Source: Mycobacterium sp. | GTDB lineage: Bacteria > Actinomycetota > Actinomycetes > Mycobacteriales > Mycobacteriaceae | Reading direction: 5' to 3' | Length of the DNA: 64,000 nucleotides | NCBI RefSeq assembly: GCF_049278535.1 | Contig: NZ_JBAPMI010000157.1 | Span: 2,792-66,791, forward strand | Shown here: in pieces, positions 37,453 through 47,347 of the stretch | Numbering within the stretch: the stretch's first letter is position 1 | Layout of the letters: every line of letters begins with the position of its first letter | Notes under the pieces: generated by a model | The model's database searches: none | What the model was told of the DNA's origin: nothing | Seen by the model: only the letters and a program-made list of their open reading frames with translations | Position numbers and translations under genes: made by a program

Positions 37453-39183
37453 TCAGTTATCCACAGCGCGCAGGATCGCGAACGAGTGCGGCGCCAACTC
37501 GGTACCCTCGCCGCCGATGGCGGGGGAGTCCGAGCCGAGCACCAGTTCGCCGGTGCACGGGACGGTCACCGGCTCGGCGCCCAGATTGCAGGCCACCGTC
37601 AATCGACCACGGCGCAAGGTGATCCAGCGAGCCTCTTCGTCGTAGTCGACGATCAGATGCTCGAGCCACGAATCTGCTAAGTCGGTTTCACTGCGCCGCA
37701 ACGCAATCAGCTCCTGATACACCCGGAACAACTTCGCATGCTCGTCGACGTCGAGCTCAGACCAATCCAGTTTCGAGCGCTGGAAGGTCCGCGGATCCTG
37801 GGGGTCGGGGATCTCCTCGGCGTCCCATCCGTGACCGGCGAACTCTTTTTTGCGGCCTTCGGCGGTGGCGCGGGCCAGTTCGGGTTCCGGATGGGAGCTG
37901 AAGAACTGAAACGGAGTTGATGCCCCCCATTCTTCGCCCATGAAAAGCATTGCGGTGTAGGGAGAACCGAGCACCAGCGCGGCTTTGACGGCTAGCTGAC
38001 CGTAAGTCAGATTTTGCGACGGCCGGTCGCCCTGCGCGCGGTTGCCGACCTGATCGTGTGTGCACGTGTAGGCCAGCAGCCTAGTTGCCGGAATTGCCGC
38101 GGTGTCCAACGGCCGGCCGTGCCGGCGGTGCCGAAACGAGGAGTAGGTAGCCGCGTGGAAGAATCCGTGGCGTAACGTCTTTGCCAAGCCGGCCAGCGAC
38201 CCGAAGTCGGCGTAGTAGCCCTGACGCTCACCGGACACCGCGGTGTGGATGGCATGGTGGATGTCGTCGTCCCATTGCGCGGTCATCCCGTGGCCGTGAT
38301 CAGAGCGCGGGGTGATCATGCGCGGATCGTTGAGGTCGCTCTCGGCGAGCAGTGACAACGGTCTGCCCAACTGCTCGGCGAGAGCGTCGGTTTCGGTGGC
38401 CAGTTCCTCGAGGATGTGGATCGCGGTGGTGTCGAAGAGCGCATGCACTGCGTCCAGGCGTAGACCGTCGGCGTGGAAGTCGCGCATCCAGCGCAGCGCG
38501 CAGTCGATGATGTAGCGGCGTACCTCATCGGATCCGTCGTCGGCGATGTTGATGCCTTCACCCCACGGGTTACTCGCCGACGACAAGTAGGGCCCGAACC
38601 GTGGAAGGTAATTACCCGACGGGCCGAGGTGATTGAACACCGCGTCGATCAGCACTCCCAGGCCACGCTGATGGCACGCGTCGACGAAGCGGACCAGCGC
38701 GTCGGGCCCGCCGTAGGGCTCGTGCACCGCGTACCACAGCACGCCGTCGTAGCCCCAGCCATGCGTGCCGGAAAACGCGTTGACCGGCATCACTTCGACG
38801 AAATCGACGCCGAGACCGACCAGATAGTCGAGCTTTTCGATCGCCGAATCGAAGGTGCCGGCCGCGGTGAACGTGCCGATGTGCAGCTCGTAGATCACCG
38901 CGCCGTGCACTGATCGGCCCGCCCAGCCGTCGTCGGACCACGCCCGTGGCGCCGGTTCCCACAACTGTGAGCGGTCGTGCACCCCGTCGGGTTGACGTGG
39001 CGAGCGCGGGTCGGGCAGCCGCGTCGGATCGTCGTCGAGTAGATATCCGTAGCGCGCATCTGCGGGTGCGTCGACGGCAGCCCGCCACCAGCCGCCGGGA
39101 TCGCGCGTCATGGAAAACTCCGCCCCGTCGACGTCGAGTCGCACCCGATCCGGTTTCGGTGCCCACACGGCGAAGTCACGCAT
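37453..39183 (-). CDS. treZ: malto-oligosyltrehalose trehalohydrolase TreZ
   Basis: MRDFAVWAP N-terminus and GH13 motifs (GLGVLIDAVFNH, DGLRLDAVH). ATG at 39183 overlaps the treY stop by 8 nt. The track extension to 39372 overlaps treY. Confidence 0.9.
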   Translation of the reverse strand: MRDFAVWAPKPDRVRLDVDGAEFSMTRDPGGWWRAAVDAPADARYGYLLDDDPTRLPDPRSPRQPDGVHDRSQLWEPAPRAWSDDGWAGRSVHGAVIYELHIGTFTAAGTFDSAIEKLDYLVGLGVDFVEVMPVNAFSGTHGWGYDGVLWYAVHEPYGGPDALVRFVDACHQRGLGVLIDAVFNHLGPSGNYLPRFGPYLSSASNPWGEGINIADDGSDEVRRYIIDCALRWMRDFHADGLRLDAVHALFDTTAIHILEELATETDALAEQLGRPLSLLAESDLNDPRMITPRSDHGHGMTAQWDDDIHHAIHTAVSGERQGYYADFGSLAGLAKTLRHGFFHAATYSSFRHRRHGRPLDTAAIPATRLLAYTCTHDQVGNRAQGDRPSQNLTYGQLAVKAALVLGSPYTAMLFMGEEWGASTPFQFFSSHPEPELARATAEGRKKEFAGHGWDAEEIPDPQDPRTFQRSKLDWSELDVDEHAKLFRVYQELIALRRSETDLADSWLEHLIVDYDEEARWITLRRGRLTVACNLGAEPVTVPCTGELVLGSDSPAIGGEGTELAPHSFAILRAVDN

Positions 39184-41473
39184 CGGTGCGCTCCATGAGG
39201 GCCACCGGTAATTCGGCAAACAACTCTGCGGCCGGCGTCGTCCCGCTGACCACCGCACCGGTAAGCGCATTGCTCCACGAGCCATCCGGCAGCGTGAGAA
39301 CAGTATCGCCCCAACCGGTCTGCTCGAGCTGCACCGTCCAGCGGGTGGCCGCAACCAGCACATCGTCACCACGCTGGAACGCCACCACGTGGTCAGCGCC
39401 GGTTCCGGCGGCGAGCACCGGACGGTAGCCGCCCCGCAGGAACGTGCCAGGACGGGATCGACGCAACTGCAGGGCCGCTTTGACCACCCGAATTTTCTTG
39501 TGCTGCAGCGACTTCAATGCTTGTCGCCGCGCGGTGTAGTCAACCGGGCGTCGGTTATCGGGGTCGACCAGGCTGTCATCCCACAACTCGGTGCCCTGGT
39601 AGATGTCGGGGATCCCGGGCGATGTCAGCGCCAGCAACTTCTGGCCGAGCGCGTCGTTCTCGGCATGCGATTGCAGCCGGGCCACCAGATTGGTCAGTTC
39701 GCGCGCGATCGGGCCGTCAAGTACGGCGTCGAGCCAGCGATGCACCGAGTCTTCGAAATCGGCAACCGGGTCGTGCCAGGAGGTATGCCAGGCCGCTTCA
39801 CGGATCGCCTTTTCGCTGTAGGCGTGCAACCGCTCGCGCAGCTCGTCGGTGACCACGCCGTCCGCCGGCCAGACACCGAAGATGTTCTGCCACAGAAACA
39901 GTCCGGTCGCAGGGTCAGGGGATGGGGTGCTGATCTCCCAACGGGCGACCAACTCGGCCCACAGCGATGGCACCTGCGATAGCACGCCGATGCGGGCCCG
40001 GACGTCTTCGCCGCGTTTGGTGTCGTGGGTGGACAGCGTCGTCATCGCCTGCGGCCACAGCTGGGCCCGGGTCGCCGCCCGTTGATGGAATTCGGCAAGA
40101 CCGACGCCGAAGTCGCGGGGATCGCCGCCGACCTCGTTCAGCGACACCAGTCGGGCGTCGCGATAGAAAAGGCAATCCTCGACGGCCTTGGCGGTCACCG
40201 CCCCGCACAACTGCTGCAGACGCACCGCCGGTTCGCCTCCGTCGGAGGCCGCCGCCGCGATCAGCTGCAGCGGAACGTCCAATTCCGGAGCAGCAGAGCA
40301 GGTTACCGCCAACGCGACAGGCAGCACCGCCGCCAGTCCGAGATAGTCGCTGCGATAGACGTCGATATGGGTCAGCAGGGCTGCCACTGCCGCGGGCAGT
40401 AACGGATGGTCGGCTCCGGCGGCAGCGACGATGCATCGCCGCAGTCGGCCCAGCTCACTGGCCAGTGTCTCGGTTGCCGCCACGGTCTTGAGGTCGGCCA
40501 GCATGGCGTCCATCTGGCCGTAGTCGACACCGGCGGATTCCAGCAGGCCCGTCAATGCCTGTGCTCCTTGGGGATCGACGAACACACCGCCGATCTCCCT
40601 GAGCGCGTCGTATCCGGTGGTACCGGCGATGGGCAGGGTCGGTTCCAGCGCCTCGTCGACGGCGAGGATCTTTTCGATCACGATCCACGCGTCAGGCCCT
40701 ACCTGCTCGCGCAGCCCGCGAAGATACTTCGACGGGTCCGCCAAGCCGTCCGGATGGTCGATGCGCAACCCGTCGACGAGTCCTTCGGCGAACCACCGCG
40801 CTACCTCGGTGTGACTGGTGTCGAACACGGTCCGGTCTTCTTGGCGCAGGCCGGCCAGCGACGTGATCGAGAAGAAGCGCCGATACCCGCACAGTCCGTT
40901 GCGCCAGCCGATCAGCCGATAATGCTGACGGTCATGCACGTCAGGACCGCTGCCGTGCGCGGTGCCCGGCGCGATCGGCAGGACCAGGTCGCCGAGCCGC
41001 AACAGGTCGCCGTCCACCGTGAGGTCGGCGGAGTCATCGTCAGAACCGAGCAGCGGCAGCATAATCCGGCCGTCACCGAGCTCCCAGTCGATGTCGAAGA
41101 ACGACGCGTAGGCCGACGATCGACCGTGCCGCAGCACATCCCACCACCACGAGTTCTGCTCGGGTCTGTCCACCCCGACGTGATTGGGCACGATGTCGAC
41201 GACCAAGCCCAGGCCCCGAGCCCGCGCCGCCGCTGACAGCCGCGCCAAACCCGGCGCCCCGCCGAGTTCGGCCGACACCGTCGTCGGGTCGGTGACGTCG
41301 TAGCCGTGCCCCGACCCGCTGACCGCGGTGAGGATCGGCGACAGATACAGATGCGACACCCCGAGATCGTGGAGATAGTCGAGGAGATTCTCCGCGTCGG
41401 CCAAGGTGAACCCGAAGCCGCTCGAGGCACCCCGAAGCTGCAGCCGGTAGGTGGACAGTACCGGAAATGCCAT
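39176..41473 (-). CDS. treY: malto-oligosyltrehalose synthase TreY
   Basis: STYRLQL, LGVSHLYLSPI and VVDIVPNHV motifs, 765 aa, in Rv1563c position. Confidence 0.9.
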   Translation of the reverse strand: MAFPVLSTYRLQLRGASSGFGFTLADAENLLDYLHDLGVSHLYLSPILTAVSGSGHGYDVTDPTTVSAELGGAPGLARLSAAARARGLGLVVDIVPNHVGVDRPEQNSWWWDVLRHGRSSAYASFFDIDWELGDGRIMLPLLGSDDDSADLTVDGDLLRLGDLVLPIAPGTAHGSGPDVHDRQHYRLIGWRNGLCGYRRFFSITSLAGLRQEDRTVFDTSHTEVARWFAEGLVDGLRIDHPDGLADPSKYLRGLREQVGPDAWIVIEKILAVDEALEPTLPIAGTTGYDALREIGGVFVDPQGAQALTGLLESAGVDYGQMDAMLADLKTVAATETLASELGRLRRCIVAAAGADHPLLPAAVAALLTHIDVYRSDYLGLAAVLPVALAVTCSAAPELDVPLQLIAAAASDGGEPAVRLQQLCGAVTAKAVEDCLFYRDARLVSLNEVGGDPRDFGVGLAEFHQRAATRAQLWPQAMTTLSTHDTKRGEDVRARIGVLSQVPSLWAELVARWEISTPSPDPATGLFLWQNIFGVWPADGVVTDELRERLHAYSEKAIREAAWHTSWHDPVADFEDSVHRWLDAVLDGPIARELTNLVARLQSHAENDALGQKLLALTSPGIPDIYQGTELWDDSLVDPDNRRPVDYTARRQALKSLQHKKIRVVKAALQLRRSRPGTFLRGGYRPVLAAGTGADHVVAFQRGDDVLVAATRWTVQLEQTGWGDTVLTLPDGSWSNALTGAVVSGTTPAAELFAELPVALMERTDA

Positions 41474-41476
41474 GCG

Positions 41477-43657
41477 TTACTTCGTCTTACGGAAGACGAG
41501 CAATGCCCGCGCCGGTAGAGAAACCTCGTCGCCGTCTTGCACGACCAGTTCCACCGAACCGGTGGCATCGGTGGTGTCCAGAACGGCTGTCCACTCGGTG
41601 GCGTAGTCGTCGGGCGGGATGCTGAAATCGACTTCGTGGTCGTGGGCGTTGAAGCACATCAGGAACGAGTCGTCGACGACCCGTTCGCCGCGGGAGTTGG
41701 ATTCGGGTATCGCATCGCCGTTGAGGAACACCGCGATGCTCTGGCCGAATTCGCCGCCCCAGTCTTGGGGTTGCATCGCCTTGCCTGCCGGTGTCAGCCA
41801 GGCGATGTCGCGCACTTCGTCGCCGGTGCGGATCGGCTCACCGTCGAAGAACCGGCGACGGCGAAACACCGGGTGGGCCTTACGTAATGCGGTGACCTTG
41901 CGGCCGAATTCCAGTAGCTCGGCGTTCTTGTCGACCAAGGACCAGTCCATCCACGATAATTCGGAGTCCTGGCAATACACGTTGTTGTTGCCCTGCTGGC
42001 TGCGGCCGATCTCGTCGCCGTGCAAGATCATCGGCGTGCCCTGGCTCAGCATCAGCGTCGCCATGATGTTGCGCATCTGTCGTCCGCGCAGCTCGAGGAT
42101 TTCCGGGTCGTCGGTCGGGCCCTCGACGCCGCAGTTCCAGGACCGGTTGTGGCTCTCGCCATCACGGTTGTCCTCGCCGTTGGCCTCATTGTGTTTTTCG
42201 TTGTACGAGACGAGGTCGTTGAGCGTGAATCCGTCGTGGGCGGTGACGAAATTGATGCTGGCGCCTGGCCGGCGGCCGGTCGCCTCATAGAGATCCGACG
42301 ACCCGGTCAGGCGGGACGCGAACTCGCCGAGTGTCGCGGGTTCGCCCCGCCAGTAGTCACGCACAGTATCGCGATATTTCCCGTTCCACTCGGTCCACAA
42401 ACCCGGGAAGTTGCCGACCTGGTAGCCACCCTCGCCGATGTCCCACGGCTCGGCGATCAGCTTGACCTGGCTGACTATCGGATCCTGTTGCACCAGATCG
42501 AAAAACGCGCTCAGTCGGTCGACGTCGTAGAACTCGCGGGCCAGCGTGGAGGCCAGGTCGAACCGGAAGCCGTCGACGTGCATCTCGGTCACCCAGTAGC
42601 GCAGCGAGTCCATGATCAGCTGCAGCGTGTGCGGGTTGCGAGCGTTGAGGCTGTTACCGGTGCCGGTGAAATCCTTGTACAACCGCAGGTCCTCGTCGAC
42701 CAGACGGTAGTAGGCGGCGTTGTCGATGCCGCGAAAGTTGATCGTGGGTCCCAGATGGTTGCCTTCGGCGGTGTGGTTGTACACCACGTCGAGGATGACT
42801 TCGATGCCTTGCTCGTGAAAGGCCCGGACCATCGACTTGAATTCGGTCACCGCGCCACGGACGCGCCGGTTGGCGGCGTACTGGTTGTGCGGGGCGAAGA
42901 ATCCGAACGTGTTGTAGCCCCAGTAGTTTCGCAGCCCCAGGTCGATCAGGCGATGGTCGTGCATGAATTGGTGCACTGGCATCAGTTCGATCGCGGTGAC
43001 GTTCAGCGATTTGAGGTGATCGATGATCGCCGGATGCGCCAGGCCGGCGTAGGTGCCGCGCAGCGCCTCGGGGATAGCGGGATGCGCCTGAGTCATACCC
43101 TTGACGTGCGCTTCGTAAATCACCGTCTCGTGATACGGCGTGCGCGGTGCGCGATCGTTCGCCCAGTCGAAGTATGGATTGATCACCACGCTGGTCATGG
43201 TGTGCCCGTACGAGTCGAGCCGGGGCGGAGTGCCGGTCTCAGCGGGGTCCTCGGCGGCGACGGCGAGGTCGTAGGAGAACAGCGGCTGGTCGAATTTGAA
43301 CTCGCCGTCAAAGCACTTGCCGTACGGGTCGAGCAGCAGCTTGCTGGGATCACAGCGGTGCCCTGCCGCGGGGTCGAACGGGCCATGCACCCGAAAGCCG
43401 TATTGCTGCCCGGGGTTGATGTCCGGCAGGTATGCGTGCCAGACGTATCCGTCGACCTCGTCGAGGTTGATCCGGGTTTCCTGACCGTCGTCACCGATCA
43501 GGCACAACTCGACTTTCTCGGCGATCTCGGAGAACAGTGCGAAGTTGGTGCCGCCGCCGTCGTAGTTCGCGCCCAACGGATAGCTGCTTCCCGGCCACAC
43601 GGTGGCCAGCGCGGGCGGGGCCGCGGCGGCGCCATTGGTCGGGTCTGACGGGGGCAT
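41477..43657 (-). CDS. treX: glycogen debranching enzyme TreX/GlgX
   Basis: GH13 GlgX-type motifs (IEVILDVVYNHT, DGFRFDLA, AEPWD), in Rv1564c position. Confidence 0.9.
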   Translation of the reverse strand: MPPSDPTNGAAAAPPALATVWPGSSYPLGANYDGGGTNFALFSEIAEKVELCLIGDDGQETRINLDEVDGYVWHAYLPDINPGQQYGFRVHGPFDPAAGHRCDPSKLLLDPYGKCFDGEFKFDQPLFSYDLAVAAEDPAETGTPPRLDSYGHTMTSVVINPYFDWANDRAPRTPYHETVIYEAHVKGMTQAHPAIPEALRGTYAGLAHPAIIDHLKSLNVTAIELMPVHQFMHDHRLIDLGLRNYWGYNTFGFFAPHNQYAANRRVRGAVTEFKSMVRAFHEQGIEVILDVVYNHTAEGNHLGPTINFRGIDNAAYYRLVDEDLRLYKDFTGTGNSLNARNPHTLQLIMDSLRYWVTEMHVDGFRFDLASTLAREFYDVDRLSAFFDLVQQDPIVSQVKLIAEPWDIGEGGYQVGNFPGLWTEWNGKYRDTVRDYWRGEPATLGEFASRLTGSSDLYEATGRRPGASINFVTAHDGFTLNDLVSYNEKHNEANGEDNRDGESHNRSWNCGVEGPTDDPEILELRGRQMRNIMATLMLSQGTPMILHGDEIGRSQQGNNNVYCQDSELSWMDWSLVDKNAELLEFGRKVTALRKAHPVFRRRRFFDGEPIRTGDEVRDIAWLTPAGKAMQPQDWGGEFGQSIAVFLNGDAIPESNSRGERVVDDSFLMCFNAHDHEVDFSIPPDDYATEWTAVLDTTDATGSVELVVQDGDEVSLPARALLVFRKTK

Positions 43658-43774
43658 CTCTCGACCTTAGTGGCGGTCCGATCCGATCGCTCTGCTGGCT
43701 CCGGCCGCCCCGGGCCGTGTCTTTTGCCCGGCTCCTCCTCATGCCAATGCTCTGCCTGCATCGTCGCCGGGCGG

Positions 43775-45931
43775 TCACCACCAACCGGTGGCCGGTCCGA
43801 CCTGCCGACCCAGCTCGTTGGTCATCGTGCGCATGTAGGTAGCCGACAGGTGGTGAGCGTCGTGGTATACCAACACGTTTCCCTCGACGGCCGGGCAGAT
43901 GTCGGCCCGGCAGACCGCGTCGCTCATGTCCAGCGGCTTGAGCATCGGGAACTGCTCAACCCAGTCGAGGGTGGGGTTGCGGTCGGCCAGCACATCGGAG
44001 CGCTTGATGCCGCACGACACCGCGTCGCCGCCTTTGGCGAGGCAGTCCGGCGGGTTGAACGGCTGACCGTCCTTAACCAACCACGGGGTGTCTCGCATGG
44101 CGAGGATCGGAATGTTGTTGTCAGAGAACGTCTGCCAGATTCCTACGTAAGTGCCGGGCATCACGTCACCGGGTTTGATGTTCCATGGCCGCGTCGAGGT
44201 GGTGAACACGAAGTCTGGGTGGTCGGCCACCACCGCTGCCATCGCCTTGGCCACCCAGTCGCGGCATTCCGGGTAAGGGTCGTTGTTGCCCATCACCAAC
44301 GGCATCTGCTCAGTGGACAGCGGGCAGCCCATCTTCAGGTATGTGGTGACCTTGAAGTGGTGTCTGCGCCCGAGCAGGTCCAGCGCGGTCAGCCAGTGCT
44401 CGGCGTGCGAGCCACCGGCAAGCGCGATGGTCCGGGTGGCGTTCTTGTCGCCGTAGCTGCACCTGATCACGTCGGTGTTTTTGAAATCACCGATGCAGCC
44501 GTCGCGAGTGGACGGCGGGTAGTCCTCCTGGGCTTCCAACACGGTGGGCCGCATCCGGAGCTTGGGCACTCGCACGTGCTTGACCAGCGCGCGAGCGCCG
44601 GGATAGTCGATGGAACTCAGCCCGCTCAACTCTTTGCCGCTGGCGCGTTCGACGTTGACGTGCTCGCGCCAGGTGAATGCCGTCGCGGTGAGCGTCACAC
44701 CCATCAGCCCGACTACCGATCCCAGCACGATCGTCGGGCGACGTAGCCGTGTTCGCCAGGGCAGAGCAGGCGCCGCCCCGGGCGCGGTGCGAGCGGCGCC
44801 GCGCTGCCGCAGCGGTTCCTCGATGTACCGGTTCGTCCAATAGGCCAGCAGGCCGGAGATCAGCAGTACGGCGGTGCCCTCCACGACGTTGGCATGCGCG
44901 TGACCGGTGTAGGCCAGCCAGAAGATCAGCAGCGGCCAGTGCCACAGATACAGCGAGTAGGCCATCGCGCCGAGTCGCACCAGTGGCGCTGTTGCCAGCA
45001 GCCGGTTGGGCCGCGGCAATATGACACCCTCAGCCCGGTTGGCGCCGGCCAGAATGAACAGCAGGGCAGCGCCGACGGGGACCAGGGCCCACGGGCCGGG
45101 GAACTGCTTGACGCCGTCGATCAGCGCGCCGCAGGACAGCACCGCGGCCAGCGCGATGATGGCGGCCGTCGTGCGCAGCCACATCGGCCAACGCACGTAG
45201 GGGACCAGGGCACCGACGAGCACGCCAAGCAGCAGCTCCCACGCACGCGCGAAGCTGTTGTAGTAGGCGGTTGCCTGGTTGGCCTGGTGGGCGACGATCG
45301 CGTAGACGAACGACGCCACGGTGAGCGCGGTCAGCAACACGATGAACGCCGTCCGCAGCCGATCCCCGAGCCGGCGTCGGAACATCACCGCGAAGCCGAA
45401 GATCAGCAACAAGAACGAGAGATAAAACTGGCCTTGTACCGACATCGACCAGATGTGCTGTAGCGGGCTGACCGCTTCGCCGGCCCGGAGATAGTCGGCC
45501 ACCGTGCTGGCCAGCTCCCAGTTCTGGTAGTAGCCGAGGCTGGCCAGACTCTGGTCCGCGAAGGTCTCCCACCGCGTCTCCGGCTGAATCAGGACGGTCA
45601 GCAGTGCGCAGCCGGCCAGCACCACCACAAGAGCCGGCAGCAGCCGGCGTGCCAACCGAAGCAGCTCGGGCACCGGCGACAGCGACGACGCCGGATTGAG
45701 CGCTGTGCGTAGCAATTTGCCGCCGAAGAAGAAACCAGATAGCGCCAAGAACACGTCGACGCCGCCGGACACCCGGCCGAACCACACGTGGAACATCGCC
45801 ACCAGGGCAATGGCTATGCCACGCAGCCCGTCGAGATCGTGGCGGTAGAACCCCGTTGCGCGTTTGCCGGTCGCGTGTTGCGTAGGGCACGCAACGTCGG
45901 CGTCGGCCGGACGGGTCAGGGAGGCGGTCAT
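43775..45931 (-). CDS. sucT: membrane acyltransferase-3 domain fused to SGNH domain (Rv1565c/SucT-like)
   Basis: N-terminal 10-TM acyltransferase_3 domain (LDGLRGIAIALV..FH) and a C-terminal extracytoplasmic domain. In Rv1565c position. The symbol is recalled from the M. smegmatis succinyltransferase. Confidence 0.7.
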   Translation of the reverse strand: MTASLTRPADADVACPTQHATGKRATGFYRHDLDGLRGIAIALVAMFHVWFGRVSGGVDVFLALSGFFFGGKLLRTALNPASSLSPVPELLRLARRLLPALVVVLAGCALLTVLIQPETRWETFADQSLASLGYYQNWELASTVADYLRAGEAVSPLQHIWSMSVQGQFYLSFLLLIFGFAVMFRRRLGDRLRTAFIVLLTALTVASFVYAIVAHQANQATAYYNSFARAWELLLGVLVGALVPYVRWPMWLRTTAAIIALAAVLSCGALIDGVKQFPGPWALVPVGAALLFILAGANRAEGVILPRPNRLLATAPLVRLGAMAYSLYLWHWPLLIFWLAYTGHAHANVVEGTAVLLISGLLAYWTNRYIEEPLRQRGAARTAPGAAPALPWRTRLRRPTIVLGSVVGLMGVTLTATAFTWREHVNVERASGKELSGLSSIDYPGARALVKHVRVPKLRMRPTVLEAQEDYPPSTRDGCIGDFKNTDVIRCSYGDKNATRTIALAGGSHAEHWLTALDLLGRRHHFKVTTYLKMGCPLSTEQMPLVMGNNDPYPECRDWVAKAMAAVVADHPDFVFTTSTRPWNIKPGDVMPGTYVGIWQTFSDNNIPILAMRDTPWLVKDGQPFNPPDCLAKGGDAVSCGIKRSDVLADRNPTLDWVEQFPMLKPLDMSDAVCRADICPAVEGNVLVYHDAHHLSATYMRTMTNELGRQVGPATGWW

Positions 45932-45954
45932 GATTGACAGCCAATCTACCTAAC

Positions 45955-45987
45955 CCGCCGGCCGTTCCGGGTGCTCGAAACCGGCGG
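45955..45987 (-). terminator. hairpin downstream of the ripD-like gene
   Basis: CCGCCGG-19 nt-CCGGCGG (7-bp stem), 12 nt after the stop. No U tract. Confidence 0.25.
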
Positions 45988-45998
45988 CTAGCTCCCGA

Positions 45999-46505
45999 TC
46001 AGGACTCCAGGATGCGAGTCAGGTACGGCATCATGCCGTTGGTACGCGCGGGCGAGACCGTGACGCCAGGCTCGGTGGCCTCGATCATTTGGTTGTTGCC
46101 GAGATACATCGCGACGCTCTGGGTTCCACCGGGTCCGTAGCAGAGCAGGTCGCCCGGACGTGCTTGCGCGGGCGCGACTTTGCGGCCGACGTTGCACTGC
46201 TCGGCCGACGTGCGGGGCATCTTCACCCCAGCGCCGGCGTAGGCGTACTGGATCAGACCGGAGGCGTCGAAGCCGACGATGTTGGCATTCAGGCCAGTGC
46301 CCCGGGTGGGGCCCGCCGCGTTGCCGCCGCCGTAGAGGAACGGCACATTGCGCTGAGAAAGCGCACGCTGGATTACGTAGCTGGTCGACTGCTGGTATCC
46401 GACGAGAGTCGGGCCGGTCGGGTCAGCGCTTGCGATGTGCGGATTGACCATCGGCAGCGTCAACAACAGGGCCAGGGTGGACGGGACGGCGAAGCTGCGT
46501 CTCAT
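45999..46505 (-). CDS. ripD: NlpC/P60-domain protein, RipD-like (catalytic Cys replaced by Ala)
   Basis: Signal peptide MRRSFAVPSTLALLLTLP...ASA. The NlpC/P60 core reads GFDASGLIQYAY where active enzymes have DCSG. GAGAGGTGA lies upstream of ATG 46505. In Rv1566c position. Confidence 0.8.
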   Translation of the reverse strand: MRRSFAVPSTLALLLTLPMVNPHIASADPTGPTLVGYQQSTSYVIQRALSQRNVPFLYGGGNAAGPTRGTGLNANIVGFDASGLIQYAYAGAGVKMPRTSAEQCNVGRKVAPAQARPGDLLCYGPGGTQSVAMYLGNNQMIEATEPGVTVSPARTNGMMPYLTRILES

Positions 46506-46812
46506 GTTGATCACCTCTCTGTGGCTTTGGCGCGGTGACTTCACGCCTCTGCCGCCATTCCCGATTCACCACCGAGACCCATGCGCTGGCCCGCCCCGTT
46601 GGGGGCCGCATGCCGCCACCGAGACCGGTGTCGGGTGGACCCGCCGGTGAACCGCTGAATTCACAACAGTCACTAGGGACACTGTGGCAACAAAAGGTGG
46701 CCAGAGCCACTGCGCAAGCCCTCTGAGCGGGATTTTTTGTCATACCGTGACCCGACGGTGACCGGATGTCGGCCGGGGGCCGAACCGGCAGCGAACCGTT
46801 GTGATTTCGCTC
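46506..46812 (-). promoter_or_regulatory. long (about 300 nt) GC-rich leader/intergenic region upstream of ripD-like gene with internal direct repeat; possible structured RNA
   Basis: No credible ORF. The 11-nt repeat GGTCTCGGTGG occurs twice on the minus strand (plus-strand 46569-46579 and 46616-46626). GGUGGUGAAUC and GGGUCCACCCGA segments partly resemble the ydaO-class consensus. Confidence 0.25.
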
Positions 46813-47256
46813 TCACTCGCCGTCGTCCACAACCCCGGATCCGCCGTGCCAGTACGTGCTGCTGAAGTCGGTCAGCGCCGAGCCGGCCGCCGAGGCGAAC
46901 AGCACCAGGGCGATCGCCAAAAGTGGCCAGAAGGACAGATACCAACCCTTCAACAGCGAGACCAGCGGCCCAAGCAGTGCCGCGGCGACCGCAGCGCCGA
47001 TGCATCCCCACACCACCGGGTAGATGTAGAAATCGACGCCGAGAGGCGCGGGTGGGCAATCGCCGGTGCAGACGTCCTTGAGGAAGCCGAAAAGCCGCGA
47101 ATACCAATCGGTCCCGAAGGCAATGGCCGCCAGCAGCATCAGCAACGCGAGCAACGAGAACACATCCCACGGGATCAGCCGCAGCCGCAGCACCCGCTGT
47201 GGGGAGTCATCGTGGTCGCTGGGGGACGGGTCATCGAACTGCTGCGGCGAAGCCAT
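46813..47256 (-). CDS. integral membrane protein (Rv1567c-like)
   Basis: 147-aa ORF with several hydrophobic helices, in the position of Rv1567c. Confidence 0.55.
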   Translation of the reverse strand: MASPQQFDDPSPSDHDDSPQRVLRLRLIPWDVFSLLALLMLLAAIAFGTDWYSRLFGFLKDVCTGDCPPAPLGVDFYIYPVVWGCIGAAVAAALLGPLVSLLKGWYLSFWPLLAIALVLFASAAGSALTDFSSTYWHGGSGVVDDGE

Positions 47257-47333
47257 GGTGGCTCAATGCTGCCGGATGCCCGGCTTTTGTGCGACCGAAA
47301 GCTGAGCGGGTCGGCCACCGAGGCCGGCTGCTT

Positions 47334-47339
47334 TACCCT
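47334..47339 (+). promoter_or_regulatory. -10-like hexamer TACCCT, 8 nt before the bioA ATG
   Basis: TACCCT CGTTTTCT ATG. No Shine-Dalgarno sequence. Confidence 0.2.
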
Positions 47340-47347
47340 CGTTTTCT

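Noticed and set aside
39184-39372. Long N-terminal extension of the treZ track ORF
   Set aside because: It overlaps the treY 3' end. The TreZ homology begins at MRDFAVWAP (ATG 39183).
47257-47347. Search for BioQ-type operators (TGAAC-N3-GTTCA) upstream of bioA, and of bioB at 56189-56377
   Set aside because: No such palindrome is present in either region, and no bioQ-like TetR gene lies in the window.
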